Below are positions 1-13,400 of a stretch of DNA of 64,000 nt, in pieces (position 1 is the first letter of the stretch; every line of letters starts with the position of its first letter). Below the pieces are notes generated by a model. The model made no database searches. It was not told the DNA's origin and saw only the letters and a list, made by a program, of their open reading frames with translations. The stretch covers positions 1,054,001 through 1,118,000 of the forward strand of contig MU058687.1 in the NCBI GenBank assembly GCA_013265495.1, given 5' to 3'. Source of the stretch: Vicugna vicugna. Lineage: Eukaryota. Made by a program: the position numbers and the translations under genes.

Positions 1-2610
1 GTCAAAACTGAAGACATTACAAGAAAAGAAAACAGACTATAGATCTCTCTCAAGGAATGCAGAAATTCTCAACAAAATATTAGCAAATCAAATCCAACAA
101 TGTGTAAGAAGAATTATACACCACAACCAAGTGGAACTATCTTAGGTATGCAAGACTGGTTCAACATTCAGAAAAAGTTGATATAGAATGGAGCAGCAGC
201 AACAACCAAAAAAATCAGTTAATATAGCCCATCACATCAACAGGCCAAAAGAAAAATCACATGATCATATCAATCGATATAAAAGAAGCTTTTGACAAAC
301 TCCAACATGCATTTATGATAAAACACTCAGTGAACTAGGGATAGAAGGGAACTTCCTTAACTTGATAAAGAATATCTCCGAAGACTCTACAATGAATGTA
401 TTTCATCATACTTAATGGTGAGAAACTTGAAGCCTTCCCACTCAGATGGGGAACAAGACAAGGATGTCCCCTCTCACCACTGCTTTTCAACTTTGTATCA
501 GATGTCCTAGTTAATGCAGTAACTCAAGTAAAGGAAACAAAATGTATATAGATTTGGAAGGAAGAAATTTTGTTCACAAATGTGATTGTCTGTAGAAAAT
601 CGGAAAGAATCAACAAACTCCTGCATTTAGGAAGCAATTATAGTAAGGTTTCAGAATACATAAAGTTACTATGTGAAAGTCAGTTGCTTTCCTATGTACC
701 AGCAATAAACAAGTGGAATTTGAAGTTTAAAACGATACCATTTACATTAGCACCCCCCAAAATGAAATACTTGGGTATACATCTAACAAGATATGTACAA
801 GATCTATATGAGGAAAACTACAACACTCTGATGAAAGAAATTAAATAAATGCAGAGATATTCCATGTTCGTGGATAAGAACACTCAGTATTGTCAAGATA
901 CCAATTCTTCACAAATTGATCTATAGATTCAATGTAATTCCAATCAAAATCCAGCAGGTTTGTTGATTTTGTGTGTGTGTGTGTATCTACAAACTGATTC
1001 TGAAGTTTATATGGAGAGGCAAAAGTTTATATGGCTAGAGCAGCCAACACAATATTGAAGAACAAAATTGAATGACTGATACTACCTACTTGAAGTTGGA
1101 CTTCAAGACTTACTGTACAAATATGGTAATCAAGACAGTGTGGTATTGGTGAAAGAACAGAGAAAAATAAATAAGTGGAACAGGATTGAGAGCCCAGAAT
1201 TGACTCACATGAATATAATCAACTGATCTTTGACAAAGAAGCAAAGATAATATAATGGAGCAAAGATAGTATTTCAACAAGTGGTGCTGGAACAACTGGA
1301 CATTGGCATGCAAATAAGTGAATCTAGAAGCAGACTCATACCTTTTACAAAAATTAACTCAAAGTGGATCACAGACTTAAATGTAAAACACAAAACTATA
1401 AAACTCCTAGAAGAGGACATAGGACAAAATCTAGATGACCTTGGCTTTGGTGGCTTTTTAGATCACCAAAGGTGTAACCCACAGAAGATAGAATTGATAA
1501 GTTGGACTTCATTTAAATTAAAATTTCTGCTCTGTGGAAGACATGGTCAAGAGAATAAAAAGACAGACTACAAGCTGGGAGAAAATAACTAGCAAACCAT
1601 GTATCTGATTAAGGGCCATTATTCAAAATAAAAAAGAACTCTTGAAACTCAACAATAAGAAAACAGCCCAATTTAAAAATGGGCCAAAGACCTTCACAGA
1701 CACCTCACTGAAGAAGATATACAGATTACAAACAAAAGATGCTTCACATCAAATGTCTTTAGGGAAATGCAAATTAAAACAAAGAGATACAGCTACACAC
1801 CTATTGGAATGGCCAAAATCCAGAACATTGACAACACCAAATGCTGATGAGGATGTGGAACAACAGGAACTCTCATTCATTGCTGATGAGAATGCAAAAT
1901 CGTACAGCCATTTTGGAAGGCAGTTTGGCAGTTTCTTACAAAAGTAAACTATTTGTACCATGCAATCCAGCAATCACACTCCTTGTTATTTACCCAAAGA
2001 AGTTGAAAACTATGGGCAAACAATAACCTGCACGTGGATGTTTATAGTAGCTCTATTCATAATTGCCCAAATTTGGAAGCAACCAAGATATCCTTCAGTA
2101 GGTGAAGGGATAAGCTGCAGCACATCCAGACAATGGAGTATTATTCAGCACTAAAAAGAATTTAACTATCAAGCCATCAAAAGACATGGAGGGAACTTAA
2201 CTGCATGTTACTAAATGAAAGAAGCCAATCTAAAATACTACACACTGTATGAATCCAACAATATAACACTCTGGAAAAGGCAAAGTATGAAGACAGTAAA
2301 GATTAGTGGTTGCTATAAGTTAATGAGAAGGGAGGAATTTTAGGGCAATGAAACTATTCTGTATGATCTAGAGGATACATGTCATTATACACTTGTCCAA
2401 GCCCATAGAATGTATGACACCAAGAGAACTCTAATGAAGACTATAGATTTTGGGTGATGCTGATGTATCAATATAGATCAGTCATTTGTAACAAATATAT
2501 CTCCCTGTGGGATGTTAATAATGGAGAAGCTTATATGGAGGCAGGGAATATATATGGGAAATCTCTGTACTTTCTGCTCAATTTTGCTGTGAACCCAAAA
2601 TGGCTCTAAA
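1..2610 (+). mobile_element. Old LINE-1 (L1MC-like): decayed ORF2 RT/C-terminal region plus 3' UTR, running off the left edge
   Basis: ORF fragments such as KYLGIHLTRYVQDLYEENY and PFTKINSKWITDLNVK are L1 ORF2; many stops and frameshifts; ends in the L1MC1-type tail gtgaacccaaaatggctctaaaaaataaaa. Confidence 0.93.
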
Positions 2611-2949
2611 AAATAAAATGTACGTGTGTGTGTGTGTAGAGAGAGAGAGAGATTTCCTGTTTTTCATATGCACCTTCTGCTTTCACTAAATATGTATCTG
2701 AGTATGTTGGTAGGGCCTCTGCAAGATCGGAAATGTGTTCCCAAAGTTTATTGTCAGGGAAGAGTATTGATAACGGAGGCCCTAACCCAAGAACTGGTAT
2801 GGTTCTAGCTGAATAGTTGCTTACATTCTCTAAGTACTCAAGCATATGATTACTCTTTTCTTTAAGTAGGCATGGTTGGAAAAATGGTGAAATATGAAAG
2901 TTTCCCATGTGAAGAGTAGTGTGCTAAAGCTATCAAACTTTGCATATAA

Positions 2950-3100
2950 GAATTACTCAGGGATCTGTTAAAACTCCCAAAGTTCAGGCTACACCTCATA
3001 GCAATTAAATCAGAATCTAGAGTTGGGACTCGGGCATCAGTAGTTTTTAAAGCCCACCAGTAGTTCCAGTGTGTAGCCAAGTTTGAGAACCAGTAGGCTA
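2950..3100. mobile_element. MER5-like hAT-Charlie DNA transposon fragment
   Basis: Characteristic ...aaatcagaatct...caagtttgagaacca motifs. Confidence 0.65.
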
Positions 3101-5017
3101 AAGGAGATTTTAAATTTTATTTCATCTCCACGTGAAGATAGGTTCATTTAATCACGATTTCCAAAGGCCCTGGTCTGTCAGTAACTTTGCAAGTGTAGAA
3201 CAATTTGGATGTGTAAGAAAGCTATTTGGTAATAACAAACTCAAGTGAAAACTAAAGTCCACCTAGCCTGAAAGAGTTAATGTAGTTTCCAAAGGAATCT
3301 TGGGCACAGGAAGAATCTGGCTTATTGGGAACAAATAAAGCCAAGATTTAAAATGTCTTTTAATCTAACACACATATGTGCCCTGGGTCTGAAAACAAGC
3401 CAAGCCCTTCAAGTTGTGATGAAGGTTCCTAACCATAGATAGAAATGAGTTGTTGTTGGGGAGGGTAAACAGAAGAGGAGTGCAGTGCGCATGCAGGACA
3501 GGTTATTTTTCTATGTTCTGAGAGCAGAACTAGCTGACAGTTCTGATTATCTGTGTACTCAGAACAGAACAAAACCAAACAAACCCTAACAAAATGAAAA
3601 CTGTGTCCTTATAGAAGCACTGTAATCTATGGTGTGGACTTTTATTTTCTTCTTCCTTAGGGCACATTACTACTTCAATAGAACCCTTTCTCAAAGATTC
3701 TGAGTCTATGTGGATCATGGGGGTTTTTTATTTTTTATTTTGAAATAATTATGGATTCATAGGAAGTTGGAAAAACATCCTCACGAGAGAAGTCCGCATA
3801 CATCCATCACCCAGTCTCCCCTGTGGTAGCATCTTACACAAATAGAGTTATGTATCAGAACCAAGAAATTGGCATTCGTTTACACCACAGAGCTTGTCAG
3901 ATTTCACCAGTTTTACAGGCACTGAAGTGAATGTGTGTAGTTATATGCAGTTTTATCATGGGTGTCTTTGTGTAACTAGCACCACAATCATGACAGAGTA
4001 CTTCATATGGGATTTTAAAGAATTTAAGGGATGTGGAATGAATCACTTTGCTTGTAGTCTCATCCCCAACTTGTGTTCAGGGTTTTATATTGCTGGGGGC
4101 TGCCACTTTGAGAGGGTAGGTAGCATAGCTTTTGCAACCAAAAGTGGCTTTGGGTCATCTTTTTTTCTTGAGATCATCAATATAGGTGTGTTTCTCAGTA
4201 ACTATGCCTTGAGGAGGTAAATCATGGTCACTTTATTAGAAGGAAATGAACTGATAAGTATTTTCCCAAAATATACAAGTCTGTTATTGATCTTAATTTG
4301 GGGGGCAAATTCACTAGTTCTGGCACAACAGCAATGGACTGAATGTTAGGAAATTCTTTTTCTGCCAAGTTTTATAACATTTGAGATTTGCTCAATAACT
4401 AGTACATTTTTCTAGTTCCTAAAACAGTGAGAAGACTGTCCACCTCCAAGAGAAATGCCCTGATATGTTTGAAGTGAATAGGCATGATTCTATAATAAAG
4501 AAATGAAAACAGTCACTTAATAGCATATTCTAAGCATTGTCAACATACCAAAATCTGCCTCACTCACATTGTTTAGGTAATTACTGTCTCCAGAGCTTAA
4601 GGATACATAATCATTATCTACTATTCACATGGCATGAGGATTTTAACTATCTTTGCAACTAGCATATCAAAACTTGGTTGTTTAGGAATGTAAATCCAGT
4701 GTTATTAAGCTTTCTGTTCCCAGAATTTGCTCATAAGTCTACAATCTAGCAAAAACTATGTGTGTTCTGTTCTAATATCTGCATCTCATTCTCTTCTGTA
4801 GAAACTCTTATTTCTGACACTATTTTTGGTGAGAGTTCTATAGGAAAGAAGAGTTCTGGAGTTTGTTCTGGTTGGTCCAGAGTCAGTAAGCCCTGATGAA
4901 GTAATGGGATATATAATGAGAAATGAAGTGTCTAAACACCAAGATAGTAATCTTGAACAAAAGCAGCTTTAGGGTATTTTTAAGGATTATATTCTGCCAG
5001 ATGTAATTGTGGAGTTT

Positions 5018-5063
5018 TGTTGTTGTTGTTGGTGGTGGTGGTGGTGTTGTTGTTGTTGTTGTT
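5018..5063. repeat. Compound (GTT)n(GGT)n(GTT)n microsatellite
   Basis: Directly visible. Confidence 0.9.
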
Positions 5064-5638
5064 AGGAATTTAATAGAGTGAGAAGTCAGCAAAACATCTA
5101 ATTGATAATTCTATTGTCTTATGAAACTTGATTTTTGAAAAAGCTCAGTTTATTCAGAAACAGTAGCCAAGAAACATTTAGAGTCTCAAATAGTCTGAAA
5201 AAGGTAATCACCTACCCACATTCATGAAAGAGCAGAGGAGGAAAATAATCAACTTTAATAACTATAAAATGAAAAGAACCAGAAAAGAGGTCAAATTATT
5301 TTCAATAAGACAGCAAGCTTATCTTAAAGAAATGTAATTCTTAACATAGATTTTAAAAGTTAAGAGAGGAAAATCAGGGTTGTGTCAGTAAATTCTCCCC
5401 CCCCACCCCCCCCACACAAATCCAGAAAGCCATGAACCAGAATCTTTAAGAAGCAGAAGTTTTGAACAACTGTACAAAACTTAATTTGGAAAATATTCAA
5501 GCCAAAAACCAGTCTATTCAATGGACACTGGTACAATGTCCCAAAAAGCAGTTGATAAAAGCAAGAAGTTGAATAATTTTCGAAATATCACGAGTCACTA
5601 AGTTTATAATTAAAAGGGTGTCAAAAGTGCAATGTATT

Positions 5639-5697
5639 GCACCAGAAATTGACAGAACATTGTAAACTGACTATACTTCAATTTTTTTAATGGTTAG
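5639..5697 (+). mobile_element. Extremely 5'-truncated cetartiodactyl L1 3' tail with target-site duplication
   Basis: caccagaaattgacagaacattgtaaactgactatacttcaa matches the L1 tail at ~62433-62480; flanked by aaaagtgcaatgtatt (5623-5638) and aaaaatgcaatgtatt (5698-5713). Confidence 0.8.
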
Positions 5698-6109
5698 AAA
5701 AATGCAATGTATTATATTGCTGTTTAAAAAAAAAAGCAGGTTGATGTCTTAGCAACCAACTAGCAAATAGCAATAATAGTTATGTAATGTGTCAAGTAAG
5801 CACATCAACATAGAATTGTTATAAAAAGTAAGTGAGGGATGCATATAGAGATTTTAACACAAGACTTTTTTTTAAGCTGGGTTTTCTTTACCTCAGAAAA
5901 TATTAACATAGCACTTAAAAGCCAAGTTTTATGTTATCATCACAGGTATTAGTGCATGTTACTACACGGTTATAGTAATCACAAAATTCAGAATATTTTT
6001 AAATCAGTAATGTCTCACATCAGTGCCATTCTTAAGAAATGATTCTTTTTCACTGTAAAGCAGTACAAATTCATGATTTTGCTAACAGTTTATGACTGCT
6101 GAGTAACAA

Positions 6110-6340
6110 TATTTACTAAGCTAATATTTACTAAGCACATACTATGTACTAGGAGTGCTGAGAATTTCACATGTGTGATTTTATCTAAAACTTAGAAAAG
6201 TACTATGAGGTAGGTACTATTTCATTAACTCTCTTTTACAGATGAGAAAGCTGTGGCCAAAAGAGTAAGTAACTGGCAGAGATCCATAGCTGGTAGGTGC
6301 TTGAGCCGGGAGGAAAAGACCTCCAGAACCCATGCACTTG
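6110..6340 (-). mobile_element. MIR SINE
   Basis: Core-like ttttacagatgagaaagctgtggcc and atttactaagcac. Confidence 0.7.
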
Positions 6341-9300
6341 ACCGTGCTCTACTTAGGAAAGGTATCGGTTGAGGGGGAAAGTGAAGGCAGAAGGGCAGCA
6401 GATCAGATAATTGAGGATAAAGTGAGGGGAGTAAGGGAAGAGACAACACTCTTGCCTAAGGCTAACTTTCTAAGCCAGAAGCAGTTACCATGGAGATGGG
6501 GGTTTCAGCCACAGAAATTTGTAAATGTGGGGAGAAAAAGGTTTTTCTAAGGGAAGACTAGGACCTGATATTTGTATGCTGGGTAACTCTGGAGAACTCA
6601 GAAATGACTAAACAAGAGTTTGTGAGCGTGAAGGGGTAAGATCGTGAGAAACAAAGTAACTCCGAAAGGCTCTTGGCGAAAGAGAAGGCAGACTCCTCAG
6701 TGAGTGGAGGGACACGTAAAACTGGTGAGGTTTGGAGTGGATGTTCTTGTATTGTTTTCATTGTCTGTATCTGCTCTCAACGTTTCCTCAGGTATTCCCT
6801 TCTTCCTCTGGGGCTCAGCATCTGGTTTTCTAAAAAACATGAATGAGCATTCAACTCCTGGGCACATGGTTGTACAGTTTAGGTTTATATATTCTGAAAG
6901 AGCTTCTTCTTGGTCTGTAGGAATTGTACACCCATGAAAAATACTCTTTTCATGAATTATCTTTTTCCACAGGTGAGTACTTTGTACATATTTTTAAATG
7001 TGGGTACCGTGATCTGTGGCAGAGACATAGAATGCATTATTAATGCTTTCACATAGGTAACCAGAGCTCATTCTTTACAGCGTGTTGTATACACTTAAAT
7101 CTGACCAAGGATATTTTTGTACACTCTTGAGAAGTATTATATTTGTTATATTGTCACAAGCTTATCTTTTCCCCCAAAGCATCAAGTCCTAAAGCAATTG
7201 TTAAAAATTATAGAGCACTTTTCAAATACAAATGTGTATAATTTACTTATCAGCCTGAAAGAACTATAACTCTATCTCTTTCCCACCCATCATTCTATTT
7301 CATTTTTTCTTGATTTCCTCAGTCCTGAGAAAAATGACCTTACATTATATGAAATCTATACAAATACCTAATAGTCTGTGTAAAATATCAACAGGTTTTT
7401 AAAATTTCTATTTTGTTTTGAATACATGCATCATCAAACTATGTTTGATGTGTTTGACAGAACAAAACTATAAAGAAAAGAGCTAGAATCAAAGATTATG
7501 AACATTTAGAAAATATAAGACTTCATCCAGGAAACTGGTTACTAAAATTTCAACAAATTTTGTAAAGATTTTAAAAAAATATTTTCTAAAGGCACGTGTT
7601 ATGTTATTACGGAAGTCTTATTTTAAATTATTAATTTCTTCTGAGGATTCTACATTTCATCATTAAAACAAAGATAATTTTTAAAAAGTGGACCTCCATG
7701 GGTCTGGGGTGCCGAACTTTACTAAAGAGTGCGTGCTATCTCCACCATGTATGCTTTGCCCTTTCTCTGATGGAAAGGAAATGGTTCATGTACCCCTTAT
7801 ACACCTAGGAGATGCCTTGGGCTTCTTCACCATATGAATCCAGTTTGGAACTGTGTATACTAAATGAAATCGTGTTTGAAATAAAGGTCCCAAATGAACC
7901 TTTTTCTGCATGGAATGCCAGTTAACTGCCTGCATTTAATTGATATTTGGACATTGTCTCCTCAACAGTGTCATCATCATAAACCATAATCCAGGCTCTA
8001 TTGTCCATCAGCGAAGGATTAGACAATTAAGCAGTATTTGACCAGACACTGAACATGTCTAATTTGGAAGAGAATAGTGCCCACATACACCTTGATGGAA
8101 AGAATAACATGACCTTTGGCAATACTGTGACTGCTGAAAGAATACAAGAACCAACTCTGACTGTGTTCCCACCATACTTGGTAGAAACAGGAAAATATAA
8201 TAAAATAGAATTCTTCTGTTGGCAGAGCATATATATTTATACATTCTTCTGTGTTTAGCTCAGTGGTTAGAGAACACTTCCTGGAAAGACTGCAGTACAC
8301 AAGTGTTTTCAATTTGAGCTTGAGCGTTTCATCTAATTGGTCCCTGGGATAAGGTTCACTGCCCTGGAGGTGGCTTGGCTCAGTGTTTAAAACACACACT
8401 AATGAATTTCAGGTTTGGGACAGAAAATGGCTGCTCTACATTAGGTAATTGTGTGAACTTGGAATTATTTCCCATGAATGTCTTAAATATGTGATGTCAC
8501 TTTGGACAGTGGGTTTGCCTGTCTCCAAACAGATAACTGGTTGCCCTTCCTCAGAGTACTCAGTGCTTGCCTGCTTTTAAAAATTTAGATTTGGCAGAGT
8601 CCTTCATTTTTGTAATGGGAACATTGTGGGAGGAAATAGGGCAAAGATCATCTGAGTATAGTTGGATGTATTGAAGGACACTTGCAAATAACCTTAAAAC
8701 AACTTGAAAAGACTGGTTTGGGCTGAGTATGTTTGTTTTCTTTTTCCTCTAAGCTGTTTGGGGTGAGGGAAAATTCAAAAGAAAGTCGTCTTCCCTACCT
8801 TTTTATGTTGGTACCTCTAGCAGTAGTCGAATAGATGAGATTTTATCTCATCTGATCCAGCCCACTTCCAGTCAAGGAAGTGGGGTAGCTGAATATGGAA
8901 ACATGTTTCATGTGGATGGGAACCAGTGAGCTAATGAAGCCCCAAACACCCCTCAGTTAGAGCGGCAGAGTTCGAGCTCTGTGTGACGCACACTCCAGCC
9001 TGCCCATCTTAGGCAATGCTTTCAAAAACTTGATTCTGACTAGCTTGGAAGCTAGATGCAGTTACTCAGCTTTGCAGACGTCCTGCCTATATGCTCAGAG
9101 CAAGTCACAATTTGTGTTGGGCCAGCAGGGAAAAAAATGTTTTCATGAATTCCTTTATCTGTGGAAGATAGACCATGATCTGTAATGTCTTTAAGGAGCA
9201 GCAGAATTTCCGTTCCTGTGTGTGATGCTGTATTTGGCCCAGTTCCGCTGTTGTTCATCTTTGAGGCTGTGCACAGTCTGTGGAAAGCCTCCCGCCTGGG

Positions 9301-10294
9301 CTTCGATTTCTCCTTCCTCATTTAAGCAGGGCGGGCCAGATAAGCCCCAAAGGCTCTTTCTAGCTTTCATAGTCTGAAGTTCAGTTTCTTCTGCACATAG
9401 GAGGTTGGGGCATTAATTGCATTGGTCAGCTAGAGACTATTTGGGTTATCCAGCTAATTTACTCTTCTAGCAGACAGATGTGAATATATAGCAACACTCA
9501 AGTCGTGCAGAAAGTTTGTGTTGAGCTTGCTAGAATGATCAGTGGACATCCTGGTAATGAAGCACTCCTAAGTGCTGGGCAGGGATTGTCAGAAGGTAGT
9601 GCCGTGTCAGTGCTGGATGCTCACTGGGGATGCTGGCCTGTGTGAGAGCATGGGCAGCAGCATCAGGGGGTCTGCACCCAGCCTGGCATGAGAAGGTCGT
9701 AGGTTCTCCACACTCCTGACCACCACTACCAACCCAAATGTCCCAGCCTCATAGCCTTTGGTGACTTACTTCACAGTTCTAAAATTTCTGTTTGGTTATT
9801 TTTTTAATGAAGATAGTATCTACTTGTCAGGGTAAAAAGCTAAAAGGTAGTGTATTTGAAAGTGTCTCGCAAATAGGTGGAGCTTGATAAATAGGTAACT
9901 AAAAACAGCAATTTGTAAAAACCCCAAATGCGATAACCTTACCTGAAAGCTGAAGGGGGGAAAAATAACATTTGTATGGTAACATTTCACATTTCCTTAC
10001 AGGCTCATTTTACAGATGTAAAGACACCTGCAGGTTCCTAGGGTCATGATACCTGGAGATGAGTGGAGATTTAAGTCTTCTGGTTCCAAACTGTTGTGTT
10101 CCTTTTGCAATACTTTATAGTTAATACTAAACCTCTGATAACTCTGGAAAAGGAAATAAATGATCTAAATGATCAAAAATGGTAATAGTACCTATTTGAG
10201 GGGTTTCTCATGCCCTTTTTATATAATTGCAACTGTACTGACTGCCAATTAAGACAATCCCTGGAAACCCAGGCCAGTCACTCCTCACTTTGTC

Positions 10295-10480
10295 TTAATT
10301 CCGAAACAGCTCCTGGGGATAGCTGGAAGATTTGAATATCTCTGGAATGTCACTGTCCAGTTTCGAAATAATTTTATAAATGGGTTTCTTCCAGGAAGGA
10401 TCTGAGTCTTTGCCTGCGGAGACAGCCCTGAAGAACTCCTGTAATGTCAAGCTGGCGATTTCCAAGAAGCAGTCTGGGGC
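10295..10480 (-). CDS. PROX2: PROX2 last coding exon (APDCFLEI...[10 protein letters not shown])
   Basis: ORF 10295..10504; CAG acceptor at 10483-10481; TAA stop. Confidence 0.94.
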   Translation of the reverse strand, partial: APDCFLEIASLTLQEFFRAVSAGKDSDPSWKKPIYKIISKLDSDIPEIFKSSSYPQELFRN

Positions 10481-13400
10481 CTGCATTCCCAAAGAGACCC
10501 ACAAAGAAGAAAAGACGTGAAGCTATGAAGTCCTGGCACCATACAGACTTCACTGCCTGATGCTGCCTGTTCCTTGGGTGGTGGGCTGATAAGAGCATCC
10601 CTGCTCTGCTGGCCCCTGATTTTTACAGCCCCAGGAATCCTTTGCTCCTTCATCAAATACAAACCTTAAAATGATGGTACTGATGAGACAGCCATGAAAG
10701 AAAGCGTCTTAGGGACACTGCCTTTGTAGAAGTAGCTGATTCCACTAATGGGTGATGGTTTTAGTAAGTGGGAAACTCTGACTCTGACTGAAATGAGATC
10801 TGTGTTCAAAAGAGGTTTTTAGTATTCTTTCCCTCAGTGCCTAAGGTGGAAAGGACTGCCCTCAATCTTACCACTGTCATACCTCATTCCACCATCTTTT
10901 GGGGCTGAATTTGAAAGACTTGGAATCATTCCTGCTTCCAGAGCCCCAGGACCTCACCCAAACTAGCACCATTAACAACAGGACATCCCACAGGGCTTCC
11001 AGATCCAGCCTGGCCCGGGGTTTGCCACCACTGCATGCTAAATGACCTCTACTGAGGCTCTACCTCTAAGGTGCCACCAGTGTGCCTTCATAGAGATCCC
11101 CAAAGGACTGAGAAACTTGTGTATTGGCTGTTATTTCCAGAAAGGATTTGAGATGACTCGCCATGGAGGGCCCACAGATAAAACCGCTGGGGAGAATAAA
11201 GATAAGAACCAACTGATGCAAAGAACAGAAACGGTTGTAGAGAAAACCTAGGCCAAGACTAGGTGCTGCCGCTGAGCCCAGCACTTAGTCCTGGGCCTCC
11301 TGGCACTAAGGCGAAAAGATCAAAGCTACGTAACCATTGCAGAGTATTGTTGAAATGGCATAGCACCTGACCTCTGGCTACGTTTCTGAATAAAGAGTGG
11401 GCGTATACTCAGTTTGTAGCATCCACCTGTTGCCTGAGAGAAGATGTGGTGGCTGTAATCTTCATGGATGGTACAGAGATTAGCCCTAGGCTGCCCTGGC
11501 TCTCAGTGATGTAAGGACAGACACGGAAGGGGATCTTTTCTAAAACTCCGATCACCAAGGGAAGGCACTCATCAGAACCCCTGGGGCCCAAGTACATGGT
11601 CTTACCTCAAAGTCATTCCCCTTGTTATAGTGCATATTGAGAGTCCGAAAAAGTTCTGAGTCACGGAGAACCACCAGCATTTTGGGATTTGTGACACCAT
11701 CTGAAATTGCTTGCCGGGCAAATTTCTCCATTTGGATATAGTAAAACTCACGAAAGTTGCTGAACCACTTGATCATCTGGGAGGTAATGCAACGGTTGAA
11801 CTGTACAAACAACAGGGTCCATGAAGTCAGACGTTTGCCATGAGGTGCTCCGAGTCAGAACTGTGAGCTTCCAGTTCAACACAGGGATTAACAAGAATGG
11901 CTTCTGTCAACACTAAACAGGGCTTCCTTTAAAAAAGAAGCCACAGCTATTTTCCAAACCTTTTCAGTTATACACAGAAAAATCTGAATTAACCAAAATG
12001 CCCATTAAAAAATAAATGTTTTTTATAGCCTAGTTTTATGAAGATTTTTCACACAGGCAGCATCTCAGCCTGGAGCCAGAGATGCCACTGCTTCCATCCA
12101 CATGAAGGGGAGCTACAGTGCACACATTCTGACCTAGGCCTTGCCTCACATGGGAAGAACCTGCTGCCACTAGGGAGTTTTGCAGAGGCTGAAACTCAGT
12201 TGAAGGACTTTACCTGAACATCCGGGAAATAAGCCTTCAGGAGGTTGGAGCTTGGATAGCGTGTGAAGAAAAACATCAGTTTGGCCTTCTTCAAGTGACC
12301 CGGATTGAGGCCCTCCTGGATTTATCCCAGTGTCAAGGAAAACTAACACCAGTTTATCACATAATTTTGTCAAGTTATCCAAATAGTGAATTGCCCTGTT
12401 CCTTATGGTTTCTGTTTGTTTGTTTTTTTGGTTGAATGGTGTGTCTGTTCCATTTTTTGTCTCCAGCAAGTATGATCAGATAAGCTTTTTCTTTCCAGAT
12501 GCCGAATACCATGTATGTACAGTAAAAGTGCAGAATTTTAACAACAGTCGGAAGTGTAAAAGTTCTGAGGCATATGTGACATCAGATACAGTTTGTTGTA
12601 CTTGTGTGTGTGCTTTCACAATAGGGTGGGAAGAGGCAGCAGCTCTCTCCCAGATAAACCATTTCGAAACCCGAAGTAAAGATTTACTTCCCCTCTCTGC
12701 CTCAGCTTCCTCAGCTGCAAAATGAGAGGAGTCGACTAGATGGCCTGCATCCTGGCTCTCATCACTGCCCTTGCAGTGTTGAGCCAACAAGCATCTACCA
12801 GACTGAGCACCAGATCACGGTTTGCTTTGGTTCAAGAAGCTTGAACTGCTGGGCTGCACCTCCTGTTCTCCGTTTGCCTGGCAGAACTTTCCCTCACCCT
12901 TCTTGTCTCAGCTCAGATGTTCCCTCCTCTTGGAAACCTCTCCTTGCTGAATTAGGCCTTCTTTACCCTGGGCTATCAAGGCTCTTTGTATAAACCTCTT
13001 TTGTAACAATGACTTTACTGAAATTTTTAATGCATGTTTGTCTCCCCATTTAGGCTGTGAGCTCTTTGAGGGCAAGGACCTTATCTTTTCATCTTTGTAT
13101 TCCACATGCCTAGCCCAGTGCTGGAAACAGAGTAGGTGCTCAATAAATGTTTGTTGGATGAGAGAAGGAGTGAGTGATTAAATGGTCAACCTTAATCCAT
13201 ACACAAATATGGAAATTCTATACCAACCCATTCCTCACTCTGGGAACAGATTTCTTTCCCTTCAAAGAGAGCAGGGGGCTGTGGTGTGAAAACCTAGCCC
13301 CAGGGGGGGAGGGACATAAAGATTCTTACACGAGAACATTTAGCATTCCCAGAAACAATCCAAGGGCTGGGTAAGAAGCATTATACAGAGCAACCTTGGA

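Noticed and set aside
570..2154. Cluster of plus-strand ORFs
   Set aside because: Broken L1 ORF2 fragments, not a host gene
8833..8853. Perfect 9-bp hairpin agatgagat-ttt-atctcatct
   Set aside because: Too short to be meaningful in 64 kb; no miRNA-length stem
1..10000. YLPM1 exons expected from synteny upstream of PROX2
   Set aside because: No recognisable YLPM1 coding sequence; the gene probably ends left of the window
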